Source: Octopus sinensis | Taxonomy: Eukaryota | Direction of reading: 5' to 3' | Length of the DNA: 64,000 nt | NCBI RefSeq assembly: GCF_006345805.1 | Contig: NW_021824851.1 | Location: 18,992-82,991, forward strand | Shown here: piece by piece, positions 49,247 to 62,239 of the stretch | Layout: every line of letters starts with the position of its first letter | Position numbering within the stretch: position 1 is the first letter of the stretch | Made by a program: the position numbers and the translations under genes | The notes under the pieces: model-generated | What the model was told of the DNA's origin: nothing | What the model saw: the letters and a program-made list of their open reading frames with translations, nothing else | Databases searched by the model: none

Positions 49247-51263
49247 TCAGGCCATAACCCGTGGCCCCGACCTGGGACGTAGTCAGTCCTGTGCATACCT
49301 TCTTCTTGTGACACTTATGAAGACCTGTTGAGGCAAGTGAAAATCAAATCAAATCAAAACAAATCAAAATAGATGAACATCAGTGGAATTGTATTCTTTG
49401 TGGTACCAGTGCGGTGGCACACAAGAAAACCACCCAAACGTGGCCGTAACCAGTACCGCATCGACTGGCCTCCGTGCTGTGGGCACAACAAACACCATCC
49501 GATCGTGGCCGTTCGCCAGCCTCATCTGGCACCTGTGCCGGTGGCACATAAAGACACCATCCGAAGACCCGGCGACGTAGTCAGTCCATGTGCATACCTT
49601 CCCTCTTATGACACTTGTGAAGACCTGTTGAGGCAAGTGTGTGACACTTGTGAAGACCTGTTGAGGCAAGTGAAAATGAAAATCAAATCAAATCAAAATC
49701 AAAACAAATCAAAATAGATGAATATCAATGGAATTTGTATCTTTGTGGTTCCAGTACCGGTGGCACACAAGAAAAACCATCCGAAGGGGCACAACAAACA
49801 CCATCCGATCGTGGCCGTTCGCCAGCCTCATCTGGCACCTGTGCCGGTGGCACATAAAGACACCATCGAAGACCCGGCGACGTAGTCAGTCCACCTGTGC
49901 ATACCTTCCCTCTTATGACACTTGTGAAGACCTGTTGAGGCAAGTGTGTGACACTTGTGAAGACTGTTGAGGCAAGTGAAAATCAAATCAAATCAAATCA
50001 ATCCAAATCAAAATAGATGAATATCAATGGAATTTGTATCTTGTGGTTCCAGTACCGGTGGCACACAAGAAAACCATCCGAAGTGGCCGTAGCTGGTTAC
50101 CGCATCGACTGGCCTCCGTGCTGTGGGCACAACAAACACCATCTGATCGTGGCCGTTCGCCAGCCTCACCTGGCACCTGTGTCGGTGTGCACATAAAAAC
50201 ACCATCCAAAGACCCGGCGACGTAGTCAGTCCACCTGTGCATACCTTCCCTCTTATGACACTTGTGAAGACCTGTTGAGGCAGAGGCAAGTGTGTGTGAC
50301 ACTTGTGAAGACCTGTTGAGGCAGAGGCAAGTGTGTGACACTTGTGGAGACCTGTTGAGGCAAGTGTGTGACACGCGTGACACTTGTGAAGACCTGTTGA
50401 GGCAAGTGAAAATCAAACCAAATCAAAATAGATGAACATCAATGGAATTTGTATCTTTGTGGTTCCAGTACCGGTGGCACACAAGAAAACCATCCGATCG
50501 TGGCCGTTCGCCAGCCACATCTGGCACCTGTGTCGGTGGCACATAAAGACACCATCCGAAGACCCGGCGACGTAGACAGTCCACCTGTGCATACCTTCCT
50601 TCTTGTGACACTTGTGAAGACCTGTTGAGGCAAGTGACACTTGTGAAGACCTGTTGAGGCAAGTGAAAATCAAATCAAATCAAAACAAATCAAAATAGAT
50701 GAACATAAATGGAATTTGTATCTTTGTGGTACCAGTGCCGGTGGTGGCACACAAGAAAATCATCCGAACGTGGCCGTAGCCAGTACCGCATAGACTGGCT
50801 CTCCGTGCTTTGGGGACGTAACAAACACCATCCGATCGTGGCCGTCCGCCAGCCTCATCTGGCACCTGTGTCGGTGGCACATAAAAACACCATCCGAGCG
50901 TGGCCGTCTGCCAGCCTCGTCTGGCACCTGCCAGCCTCATCTGGCACCTGTGTCGGTTGGCCAATAAAAAACCATCCGAGCGTGGCCGTCTGCCAGCCTC
51001 GTCTGGCACTGTGTCGGTGGTTGCACATTAAAACACCATCGAGCGTGGCCGTTCGCCAGCCTCGTCTGGCACCTGTGTCGGTGGCACAATAAAATCACCC
51101 ACTACACTCTCGGAGTGGTTGGCGTTAGGAAGGGCATCCAGCTGTAGAAACACTGCAGATCTGACTGGCCTGGTGCAGCCTTCGGGCTCCCCAGACCCCA
51201 GTTGAACCGTCCAACCATGCTAGCATGGAAAACGGACGCTAAATGATGATGATGATGATGATG
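49247..51263 (+). repeat. RTE 3' UTR with nested tandem repeats ending in (GAT)n tail; copy 1
   Basis: Five ~260-430-bp units each containing ~30-bp GTGACACTTGTGAAGACCTGTTGAGGCAAG subunits and (CAAAT)n, then ~60-bp hairpin units, then the family B terminus. Confidence 0.85.
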
Positions 51264-51349
51264 ATATACACACACATACATGTATACAAACACTCACAGA
51301 AATATATGTATGCACACACATGCATGCATACATACATACATACATGTCC

Positions 51350-51550
51350 TCCACTCCACCAAGATTACAAGTTCAGGTTTATACCTGTAATTATTGGGGC
51401 CCTGGAATATGTAACACACTGCCTAAATACCAATCTTTAGAAATTAGGCTTCTCAAAACCAGAAAGGAGGAAGCTAATTCGAAGACTGCAGATCCAGTCC
51501 ATCACTGGAACTGTAAAAATTTGTAAAACTTTCCGGAAATTTATCATTAA
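51350..51550 (+). mobile_element. RLE-type non-LTR retrotransposon C-terminal fragment (duplicated at about 58350-58555)
   Basis: DYKFRFIPVIIGALEYVTHCLNTNL*KLGFS..KLIRRLQIQSITGTVKICKTFRKF. Confidence 0.65.
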
Positions 51551-51824
51551 AATATATATGAGTATGTCTAGATATGCAACAATATGCATGAGAATACATA
51601 CATAAAACATAAAAATCTGCATATACAAATCTGAACATAATACATACATACTACATTCTAATACATACATACATACATACATACATACATACATACATAC
51701 ATACCTATCCTGTTGAAATTCCTATGAAGGAGCCTTGGATCTAGGTTAGAAACCGATTCTTTCTCTATTGGCAAGAAATCATGAAATAAACTGAATAATA
51801 ACATACATACATACATACATAAAC

Positions 51825-51857
<33 letters not shown>

Positions 51858-51986
51858 ATCATCATAATAATGACATACATACATAGTAAGGTGAGGACAG
51901 AACATATGATGTCAAAGAAACAAGAGTTATGTTATCTTCATCAGCTACAACTGTTTCTTGTTGTGCCTCCTATTATATATTATATA

Positions 51987-52020
<34 letters not shown>

Positions 52021-52239
52021 CACACACACACACAATATACATATATATACGACGGGCTTCTTTCATTTCCTGTCTACCAAAAATCCATTCACAAGGCTTT
52101 GGTGGCCGAGGCTATAGTAGAAGACACTTGCCCAAGGTGCCATGCAGTGGGACTGAACCCGGCACCATGTGGTTGGTAAGCAAGCTACATAACACACAGC
52201 CCCTCCTACACCTATGTAAATATGTAGTATGTATGTATA

Positions 52240-52273
<34 letters not shown>

Positions 52274-53181
52274 ATATATTCTCCCATAGGTTAGGCAAAA
52301 TTTAGGTATTTATTTATAGCTACTAATAACTATTTCTCCCAAGGAAGGAAGAAATGGCTGCCGGCCGATTCTTGGTGGGCCACGACCCCCCCGTTCCTCT
52401 TCAATTGTCTATATCTCGATCGCCATTCGCCCCCTCTCTCCGCCACCCTATATGCATATAAACCAGCGACTGATTTCAACGGCCTCACTTGAATTCAGAC
52501 TGGTATCCGACTCCCTACGAAAATACGAAATACGAAATATGAATCCAAGCTAAGCAATCTATATTTAATTTCAACCCGTGTACCTACTTAACTATCTGCA
52601 ACTGATCTGATCTTTTAGTTAGCCCTGTTTTATCTCTATTAGTATTATTGTTATGACTTGTGAAATTTAGCCTCACGCCTTGTGTCTTTTTTATACGTAC
52701 ATATAATTCTATAGTTCATCTTAATTATATATCGTTGTTCAGTCTTGTGTTAAATATATTTAATCTTAAAGCTTGCCCCTAATTTTATTTTATTTTATCG
52801 ATCAGTCTCACGCCTCGTAGATATAAATAAATGTATTTATAATTTATAGCTCCTTATCGTCCACGCTTCTCCATAGGTTAGGCAAAATTTAGGTATTTAT
52901 TTATAGCTACTAATAACTATTTCTCTCCCAGAAGGAAGAAAGAAATGGCTGCCCGGTTTTCGCGGTGCACCCGCCTCTCCCACCACCACCGGTACAGGAA
53001 GTCCTAAATTTTTCTCATCCTTGTCTCCCTTATACACTCAAAGTCTTACGCCACCCCAACCTCCTTCCATAAAAGGTAGTGTTCAGTCATTGCAAGATAT
53101 GTTTAGTGTTGTATACGAGGTTTGAACTTAAGTTCCATTGTTTGTCTATGAATACTACCAAACGCGAGTTTTCTTTTCAGG

Positions 53182-56100
53182 TACATGACGCTATTAGGAC
53201 CAATACCACTTCCACCCCCACCCACAGCCTCAGGGTTGGCACCCTCAACGTCGGCACACTGAAAGGCAGATCTGGCGAGATAGTTGAATTGCTTGAACGG
53301 AGGTGGGTTGATATATGCTGCATTCAAGAAGTGAGGTGGAGAGGAGGTTCTGCTAGGTTCCTCACAGGCAAAGGACAGAGGTACAAGATTTTCTGGGCTG
53401 GGAATACTGACGGTAGAGGGGGTGTGGGCATGCTTATCGCCGAAAAAATGGGTAGTATAAGGTATCGAGGTAGTCAGAGTAAGTGACAGAATAATTAAGA
53501 TTAGATTAGTGCTCCACCATAGTTTAGCAACTATTATATCGGCCTATGCCCCTCAGCCAGGGCTACCTGATGGACAGAAAGACTGTTTCTATGACACCCT
53601 ACTGCAGACCACATCATTGACGAACGACAGAGACCTTCTCTTGTGGCTGGTGACTTCAATGGGCATGTTGGACGACGTGCTGGGGGCTTCCATGGCGTGC
53701 ATGGAGGCTACGGTTATGGTTCCCGCAACGAGGAGGGAACCAGGCTGCTGGAGTTCTGCGATGCGAATAGTCTTATGATTTGCAACACTAACTTCAGGAA
53801 ACCGACAAGCCACCTGGTCACCTACCGATCGGGCCGGCATACTAGCCAAATCGACTACATCCTTGCCAGAAAAAGGGAAAGATGGCTGCTTATAAATGCC
53901 AAAACCTTCCCAAGTGAAGAATGCACCCAACAACATAGACTGGTAGTTAGTGACTTTAGGATCAGGACTAAGAGGGCGACTAGAAGACGACCAACATGGA
54001 GAAGAAGGGTCTGGAAGCTTAAAGACCCTGCGAATGGACAGAGATTTAGAGATATGTTATTTGAAGCTTTAGACGAAATGGAAGGGAGTATAGCTACGCA
54101 TGGGGTAGAAGGACAACTGGACGCTTCTGAGGGACAACCTGCTGAAAGCCGCTGACCAGATCTGTGGCTGGTGCAAAGTCCCCTTAAGACCCAAATAACG
54201 TGGTGGTGGAACAATATTGTTGACAGGGCTATTAGACAAAAGAAACAGGCTTGGAAGGCCTGGAAGAACGGTGGTAGCAGGGAAGTGTATCAGTCTGCCA
54301 GAAGGGAAGCCAGGAGACAGGTCTATCTAGCCAGAGGGGAAGCAGAGAAGGAAAAATTTGCCAATGTCCTGCGTCGTGAGGATGAAAGACTTGAGGTATT
54401 TCGTGTTGCAAGACAGTGTGTGAGAGAGAGAATCGTGACGTGGTAGGAGAGAAATGTGTTCGCAAGGAGGACGGTTCACTTGCACTTAATGAGGGTGCAA
54501 AGAGAGAGACTTGGAGACGCCACTATGATAGGTTGCTGAATGAAGAAAATGAATGGGATAAAGAGAGTCTGCCGAATGTCGACCCAACAGAGGGACCAGC
54601 AATCCGAGTTAACAGTTCCTTAGTAGATAAGGCAATTAGAAGCGCATGAAAACAGGGAAAGCCCCAGGCCCATCAGGAATTACTGCAGAGAGATGCTCAA
54701 AATATCTGGTGGTGTCGGCTATAGCTTAGTCACCCGTATAGTTAACCAGGTGATACACGAGGGGGTCATACCCAATGACTGGTGTAGCAGCATAATAGTC
54801 AACTGCTACAAAGGTAAAGGCGACGCCCTAGAGACAAATAACTACAGGGGCATCAAGCTGCTGGATCAGGTAATGAAGGTTACGGGAGGGTTGTAGCCCA
54901 ACTAATTAGAGAGAGAGTTACCTTAGATGATATGCAGTTTGGGTTCGTGCCAGGGAAAAGTACTACTGATGCTATATTCCTGGTAAGACAGCTGCAGGAG
55001 AAATACCTAGCCAAAGATAAGCCCTTGTACCTGGCTTTTGTTGACTTGGAGAAAGCCTTTGACAGGGTCCCCCGGTCCCTTATCTGGTGGTCAATGAGGA
55101 GGAAATAGGGATAGAAGAATGGTTGGTGAGAGCTGTGCAAGCCATGTACAGAGACGCTGCTAGTAAGGTGAGGGTGGGCAACGAGTACAGTGAAGAATTC
55201 CAGGTAGAGGTGGGGTCCACCAAGGTTCAGTCCTCAGTCCCCTCCTATTTATCATAGTCCTCCAGGCAATAACGGAGGAATTCAAGACAGGTTGCCCCTG
55301 GGAGCTCCTCTATGCTGATGACCTTGCTCTAATTGCTGAGTCACTATCAGAACTGGAGGAGAAGTTCCAGGTGTGGAAACAAGGATTAGAATCGAAGGGC
55401 CTTAGAATCAACCTAGCCAAAACCAAAGTTCTAATAAGTAGGAAGGTAGATCAATCACAAACGCCTTCAGGTAGATGGCCCTGCTCGATCTGTAAAAAAG
55501 GTGTAGGTAGAAACTCTATAAGATGCACCAAGTGTAAGCTATGGACATAAGAGGTGCAGCAATGTCAAAGGAAGGCTAACTAGGAAAATAGTTTTTGTCT
55601 GTGGCAAATGCTCAGGAGCAATAAACACTGGAAATATGCAGAGACCAACTTCTGCCACGTTCCAGGGAGACAAACTAGAAGTAGTTGATAGCTTCCGCTA
55701 CCTAGGAGACCAAGTCAGTAGCGGGGGTGGGTGTGCTGAAAGTGTAACTGCTAGAGTAAGAATAGCCTGGGCAAAGTTTAGAGAGCTCTTACCCCTGCTG
55801 GTGACAAAAGGCCTCTCGCTCAGAGTAAAAGGCAGACTGTATGATGCATGTGTACGTACAGCCATGCTACATGGTAGTGAAACATGGGCCGTGACTGCTG
55901 AGGATATGCGTAAGCTCGCAAGAAATGAAGCCAGTATGCTCCGATGGATGTGTAATGTCAGTGTTCATAATCGTCAGAGTGTAAGTTCCTTGAGAGAAAA
56001 GCTGAACCTAAGAAGCGTCAGTTGTGGCGTGCAAGAGAGACGGCTGCGCTGGTATGGTCATGTGACAAGAAAGGCTGAAGATAGTTGTGTGCAAAAGTGC

Positions 56101-56260
56101 TACACCCTAGCAGTGGAGGAACCTGTGGAAGAGGTAGACCCAGGAAAACCTGGGACGAGGTGTGAAGCACGACCTTCGAACTTTAGGTCTCACTAAGGAA
56201 ATGTCTAGAGACCGAGACCTATGGAAGTATGCTGTGCATGAGAAGACCCGGCAAGACTAG
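53182..56260 (+). mobile_element. RTE-clade LINE ORF; copy 2
   Basis: Same motifs as copy 1; YADD at 55311-55322; stop TAG at 56258-56260. Confidence 0.95.
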
Positions 56261-58263
56261 TCAGGCCATACCCCGTGGCCCCGACCTGGGACGTAGTCAG
56301 TCCTGTGCATACCTTCCTTCTTGTGACACTTATGAAGACCTGTTGAGGCAAGTGAAAATCAAATCAAATCAAAACAAATCAAAATAGATGAACATCAGTG
56401 GAATTGTATTCTTTGTGGTACCAGTGCCGGTGGCACACAAGAAAACCACCCAAACGTGGCCGTAACCAGTACCGCATCGACTGGCCTCCGTGCTGTGGGC
56501 ACAACAAACACCATCCGATCGTGGCCGTTCGCCAGCCTCATCTGGCACCTGTGCCGGTGGCACATAAAGACACCATCCGAAGACCCGGCGACGTAGTAGT
56601 CAGTCCACCTGTGCATACCTTCCCTCTTATGACACTTGTGAAGACCTGTTGAGGCAAGTGTTGTGACCTGTGAAGACTGTTGAGGCAAGTGAAAATCAAA
56701 TCAAATCAAATCAAACCAAATCAAAATAGATGAATATCAATGGATTTGTATCTTTGTGGTTCCAGTACCGGTGGCACACAAGAGAAAACATCCGAAGGGG
56801 CACAACAAACACCATCCGATCGTGGCCGTTCGCCAGCCTCATCTGGCACCTGTGCGGTGGCACATAAAGACACCATCCGAGACCCGGCGACGTAGTCAGT
56901 CCACCTGTGCATACCTTCCCTCTTATGACATTGTGAAGACCTGTTGAGGCAAGTGTGTGACACTTGTGAAGACCTGTTGAGGCAAGTGAAAATCAAATCA
57001 AAATCAATCAATCAAATCAAAATAGATGAATATCAATGGAATTTGTATCTTTGTGGTTCCAGTACCGGTGGCACACAAGAAAACCATCCGAAGTGGCCGT
57101 AGCTATGGTAACGCATCGACTGGCCTCCGTGCTGTGGGCACAACAAACACCATCTGATCGTGGCCGTTCGCCAGCCTCACCTGGCACCTGTGTCGGGGCA
57201 CATAAAAACACCATCCAAAGACCCGGCGACGTAGTAGTCAGTCCACCTGTGCATACCTTCCCCTTATGACACTTGTGAAGACCTGTTGAGGCAGAGGCAA
57301 GTGTGTGACACTTGTGAAGACCTGTTGAGGCAGAGGCAAGTGTGTGACACTTGTGGAGACCTGTTGAGGCAAGTGTGTGACACGGTGACACTTGTGAAGA
57401 CCTGTTGAGGCAAGTGAAAAATCAAACCAAATCAAAATAGATGAACATCAATGGAATTTGTATCTTGTGGGTTCCTAGTACCGGTGGCACACAAGAAAAA
57501 CCATCCGATCGTGGCCGTTCGCAGCCACATCTGGCACCTGTGTCGGTGGCACATAAAGACACCATCCGAAGACCCGGCGACGTAGACAGTCCACCTGTGC
57601 ATACCTTCCTTCTTGTGACACTTGTGAAGACCTGTTGAGGCAAGTGACACTTGTGAAGACCTGTTGAGGCAAGTGAAAATCAAATCAAATCAAAACAAAT
57701 CAAAATAGATGAACATAAATGGAATTTGTATCTTTGTGGTACCAGTGCCGGTGGCACACAAGAAAATCATCCGAACGTGGCCGTAGCCAGTACCGCATAG
57801 ACTGGCCTCCGTGCTTTGGGGACGTAACAAACACCATCCGATCGTGGCCGTCCGCCAGCCTCATCTGGCACCTGTGTCGGTGGCACATAAAAACACCATC
57901 CGAGCGTGGCCGTCTGCAGCCTCGTGGCACTGCCAGCCTCATCTGGCACCTGGTCGTGGTGGCACATAAAAAACACCACGAGCGTGGCCGTCTGCCAGCC
58001 TGTCTGGCACCTGTGTCGTTGGCACATAAAAACACCATCGAGCGTGGCCGTTCGCCAGCCTCGTCTGGCACCTGTGTCGGTGGCACATAAAATCACCCAC
58101 TACACTCTCGGAGTGGTTGGCGTTAGGAAGGGCATCCAGCTGTAGAAACACTGCAGATCTGACTGGCCTGGTGCAGCCTTCGGGCTCCCCAGACCCCAGT
58201 GAACCGTCCAACCATGCTAGCATGGAGAAAACGGACGCTAAATGATGATGATGATGATGATGA
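56261..58263 (+). repeat. RTE 3' UTR nested repeats; copy 2
   Basis: As copy 1. Confidence 0.85.
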
Positions 58264-58656
58264 TATACACCACACATACATGTATACAAACACTCACAGA
58301 AATATATGTATGCACACACATGCATGCATACATACATACATACATGTCCTCACTCACCAAGATTACAAGTTCAGGTTTATACCTGTAATTATTGGGGCCT
58401 GGAATATGTAACACACTGCCTTAATACCAATCTTTAGAAATTATGCTTCTCAAAACCAGAAAGGAGGAAGCTAATTCGAAGACTGCAGATCCAGTCCATC
58501 ATGGAACTGTAAAAATTTGTAAAACTTTCCGGAAATTTATCATTAAAATATATATGAGTATGTCTAGATATGCAACAATATGCATGAGAATACATACATA
58601 AAACATAAAAATCTGCATATACAAATCTGAACATATATACATACATACATACATTC

Positions 58657-58687
<31 letters not shown>

Positions 58688-58826
58688 CATACATACATAC
58701 ATACCTATCCTGTTGAAATTCCTATGAAGGAGCCTTGGATCTAGGTTAGAAACCGATTCTTTCTCTATTGGCAAGAAATCATGAAATAAACTGAATAATA
58801 ACATACATACATACATACATACAAAC

Positions 58827-58857
<31 letters not shown>

Positions 58858-59013
58858 TCATCATAATAATGACATACATACATATGTAAGGTGAGGACAG
58901 AACATATGATGTCAAAGAAACAAGAGTTATGTATCTTCATCAGCTAAAACTGTTTCTTGTTGTGCCCTATATTATATATATATATATTATATATATTATA
59001 TATATATATATAC

Positions 59014-59049
<36 letters not shown>

Positions 59050-59324
59050 TCATCATTATTTGACGTCTGTTTTCCATGCTGGCATGGCTTGGACTGTTTG
59101 ACAGTTGCTGGTAAGGCCAACAGCCACTTGAGCCTCTGTTATTTGTTCTGGCATGATTTCCAGGGCTGGATGCCCTTCCTAATGCTAATTACTCTCCTGT
59201 ATGTACCGGATGCTTTTTACATGGCACCAGCACCGATATCAATTCTGTTGTGGTGGACGAATCCCCTTGAGTACAGCCAGCCACCAGATATCTCAGTCCT
59301 TTGTCCTCTCCATTGTAAGGCTCA

Positions 59325-59557
59325 ATACCTATTTCTTTACTACCCACAAGGGGCTAAAGGTGCATATCTATGTATTTTGTCTGTCTATACGTTCTGAGCT
59401 CAAATTCCGCCAAGGTCGACTTAGCCTTTTATCCTTTTGGGATCGATAAATTAAGTACCAGCTACGCACTGGGGTCGATATAATCGACTTAATCCGTTTG
59501 TCTGTCCTTGTTTGTCCCCTCTGTGTTTAGCCCCTTGTGGGTAGTAAAGGAATAGGT
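59325..59557 (+). mobile_element. SINE family C, rearranged
   Basis: Body on + (59385-59557) preceded by an inverted tail fragment. Confidence 0.7.
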
Positions 59558-59736
59558 AATAGTAACACACCATAAATGGTTTGAATGTAGGGATGCCCAA
59601 CGTGGACAAATTGGCTGAAATGGTTGGCAATACTCAGAAGGATCAACAACATGTAAACATACATAAATGAGTGTGTTTGTGTGTGCATATCTATGTGTGT
59701 GTATATGTAAGTATAAATATGTATCTGTATGTATGT

Positions 59737-59770
<34 letters not shown>

Positions 59771-59789
59771 ATATACATATATATATATA

Positions 59790-59881
59790 AATTACAGAAG
59801 AACCACTATTTAGCAACTCAACAATGAAATAATGATATTAAATTATACCATATAGAAAAAAATGGTGGTTCTTCTCTAATT
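59790..59881. mobile_element. Short MITE-like element, TIR TTA(G/C)AGAAGAACCAC
   Basis: AATTACAGAAGAACCAC..GTGGTTCTTCTCTAATT; shares ATACCATATAGAAAAAA with the palindrome at 63543. Confidence 0.6.
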
Positions 59882-60073
59882 TATATACACATATTATATA
59901 TTGTGAAATTTGATTTAGTATTACTAAATTGAATTTTTCCCTGTAAGTTTGGAATAATATTCCCTAATATATATATATATATATAATTGCAGCGTGGAAG
60001 GTGTTTGTAAGCCATTTAAGAAACACACAAACACACAAAAGCCGTTTGATTCACTTCAACATTTAAGTTTAAT

Positions 60074-60121
60074 TTGTCGAAATATTTTCGTCGCTAAAAT
60101 CCGTGACCTGTTCACTGACAA
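60074..60121 (-). ncRNA. Degenerate minimal hammerhead-like motif, G3-C8 core variant
   Basis: Minus strand TTGTCA-GTGAACA-G-GTCAC(GGATTTTA)GCGAC-GAAA-ATAT-TT-CGACAA: palindromic stem III AAUAUU; one A-C mismatch in each of stems I and II. Confidence 0.4.
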
Positions 60122-60154
60122 TGCTATGCGAGTACATCTCCATAATATATATAT

Positions 60155-61003
60155 ATATCTTGTGGTACCAGTGCCTGTGGCACACAAGAAATCCATCAGT
60201 GCCGTAGTCAGTGCGGTGGGCACATGACAAACACCATCCGATCGTGGCCGTTCGCCAGCCTCATCTAGCACCTGTGTCGGTGGCACATAAAAAACACCAT
60301 CCGAAGACCCGGCAAGACTAGTCAGGCCATAACCCATGGCCCCTACCTGGGACGTAGTCAGTCACCTGTGATACCTTCCTTCTTGTGACACTTGTGAAGA
60401 CTTTGAGGCAAGTGAAAAATCAAATCAAATCAAAAACAAATCAAATAGATAAACATCAATGGAATGTATCTTTGTGGTACCAGTGTGGCGGTGGTGGCAC
60501 GTGCAATAAGAAAACCATCCGAACGTGGCCGTAGCCAGTACGCATCGACTGGCCTCCGTGCTGTGGGCACGTAACAAGCACCATCCGATCGTGGCCGTTT
60601 GCCAGCCTCATCTGGCACCTGTGTCGGTGGCACATAAAAACACCATCCGAGCGTGGCCGTCTGCCAGCCTCGTCTGGCACCTGTGTCGGTGGCACATAAA
60701 AAACACCATCCGAGCGTGGCCGTCTGCCAGCTCGTCTGGCACCTGTGTCGGTGGCACATTAAAAAACACCATCCGAGCGTGGCCGTTTGTCAGCCTCGTC
60801 TGGCACCTGTGTCGGTGGCACATAAAATCACCCACTGCACTCTCGGAGTGGTTGGCGTTAGGAAGGGCATCCAGCTGTAGAAACACTGCCAGATCTGACT
60901 GGACTGGTGCAGGTTTCGGGCTCCCCAGACCCCAGTTGAACCGTCCAACCCATGCTAGCATGGAAAGCGGACGTTAAATGATGATGATGATGATGATGAT
61001 GAT
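60155..61003 (+). mobile_element. Long 5'-truncated copy of the RTE 3' end
   Basis: Contains ORF-terminal GAAGACCCGGCAAGACTAG, repeat units and the (GAT)n tail. Confidence 0.85.
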
Positions 61004-61439
61004 ATATATATGTATATATGTATGTATATATATGTACACACACATACATACAGATATGCGTATGTGTGTGTGTATGTAGATATATTCATTATTAGCGATG
61101 GAAGCTGTATTTGTTGAGAATAGAGTTGTGTGTGTGTCATGATGTGCAAGTACTGTGAGAAAGCCACAACACTGAGGTATTTGTCCTGAGAATTCATGTC
61201 CGTGAAATACTTTCTCAAGATGACTACCGAATGTTTTGGCTTCCTACTGTATGTCCATTTTAAGTAGGAGACAGAGAATGGTTTATTTTATTAAAAGAAG
61301 TATTTTTTAAAAATTATTTTATGGTCACAATATTTGAAGAAAGACTTTCTTCTAATAAAAATTAATTATATCTAAAAAAATCATCAGCAGAGTGCTTGAG
61401 GAGACCTATTGAGTCATGTACATGAACATCGAAATAAAT

Positions 61440-61781
61440 ATCAAATGGAAATAGTAGTTGTGATACCTGTGCCGGTGGCGCGTAAAAAGCACCATCTGAT
61501 TGTGGCCGATGCCAGCGCTGCCTTGACTGGCTTCTGTGCCGGTGGCACATAAAAAGCACCAACCGATCGTGGCTGCTGCCAGCCTCCCCTGGCACCTGTG
61601 CCGGTGGCACATAAAAAACACCCACTACACTCACGGAGTGGTTGGCGTTAGGAAGAGCATCCAGCTGTAGAAACACTGCCAGATCAGACTGGAGCCTGGT
61701 GCAGCCTCCTGGCTTCCCAGACCCCGGTCGAACCGTCCAACCCATGCTAGCACAGAAAACGGACGTTAAACGATGATGATG
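61440..61781 (+). mobile_element. RTE 3' UTR copy (family B)
   Basis: Family B terminus. Confidence 0.8.
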
Positions 61782-61861
61782 AATGAAACAAACATTTTCC
61801 TAAGAAGTTTTTTGAATGGAAACTCCCTTCCCAAATTTAGTTTCATTCTATTTTTTCATTT

Positions 61862-62170
61862 ATTTATCCGCCCCTTTTCAAGCCTAGCCAGGCTCATGGA
61901 CCCGGTTTCCCGGTTTCTGTGGCATATGTGTTCCCCCCAGCTGGACGGGACACCAGTCCATCGCAGCGTTACCCAAGAAACAGGAAGAAAGAGTGAGAGA
62001 AAGTTGGGGCGAAAGAGTACAACAGGGGTCGCCTCCCCCCCCTGCCGGAGCCTTGGGGAGCTTTAAGTGTTTTCACTCAATAAACACACACAATGCCCAG
62101 TCTAGGAATTGAAATTGCAATCCTCCAACCGCGAGTCCGCTGCCCTAACCACTGAGCCATTGCACCTCCA
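61862..62170 (-). mobile_element. SINE family D
   Basis: Full copy, reverse orientation. Confidence 0.8.
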
Positions 62171-62239
62171 CTTAATTCTATTTAACATTCTTTATATAAT
62201 TAATGACTTTTAGGAAGATCTTCAAATATATTTATGTAT

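Larger units (their letters stand above)
52031..59047 (+). repeat. Tandem duplicate (~7.0 kb) of about 44985-52030
   Basis: Colinear near-identity at offset about 7014-7027; breakpoints fall in (CA)n/(TA)n tracts; differences are mainly 1-2-nt indels. Confidence 0.95.

Noticed and set aside
49345-51090. Hairpin-containing repeat arrays resembling CRISPR
   Set aside because: The units are tandem near-identical with no unique spacers, lie in a LINE 3' UTR of a eukaryote, and there are no cas genes.
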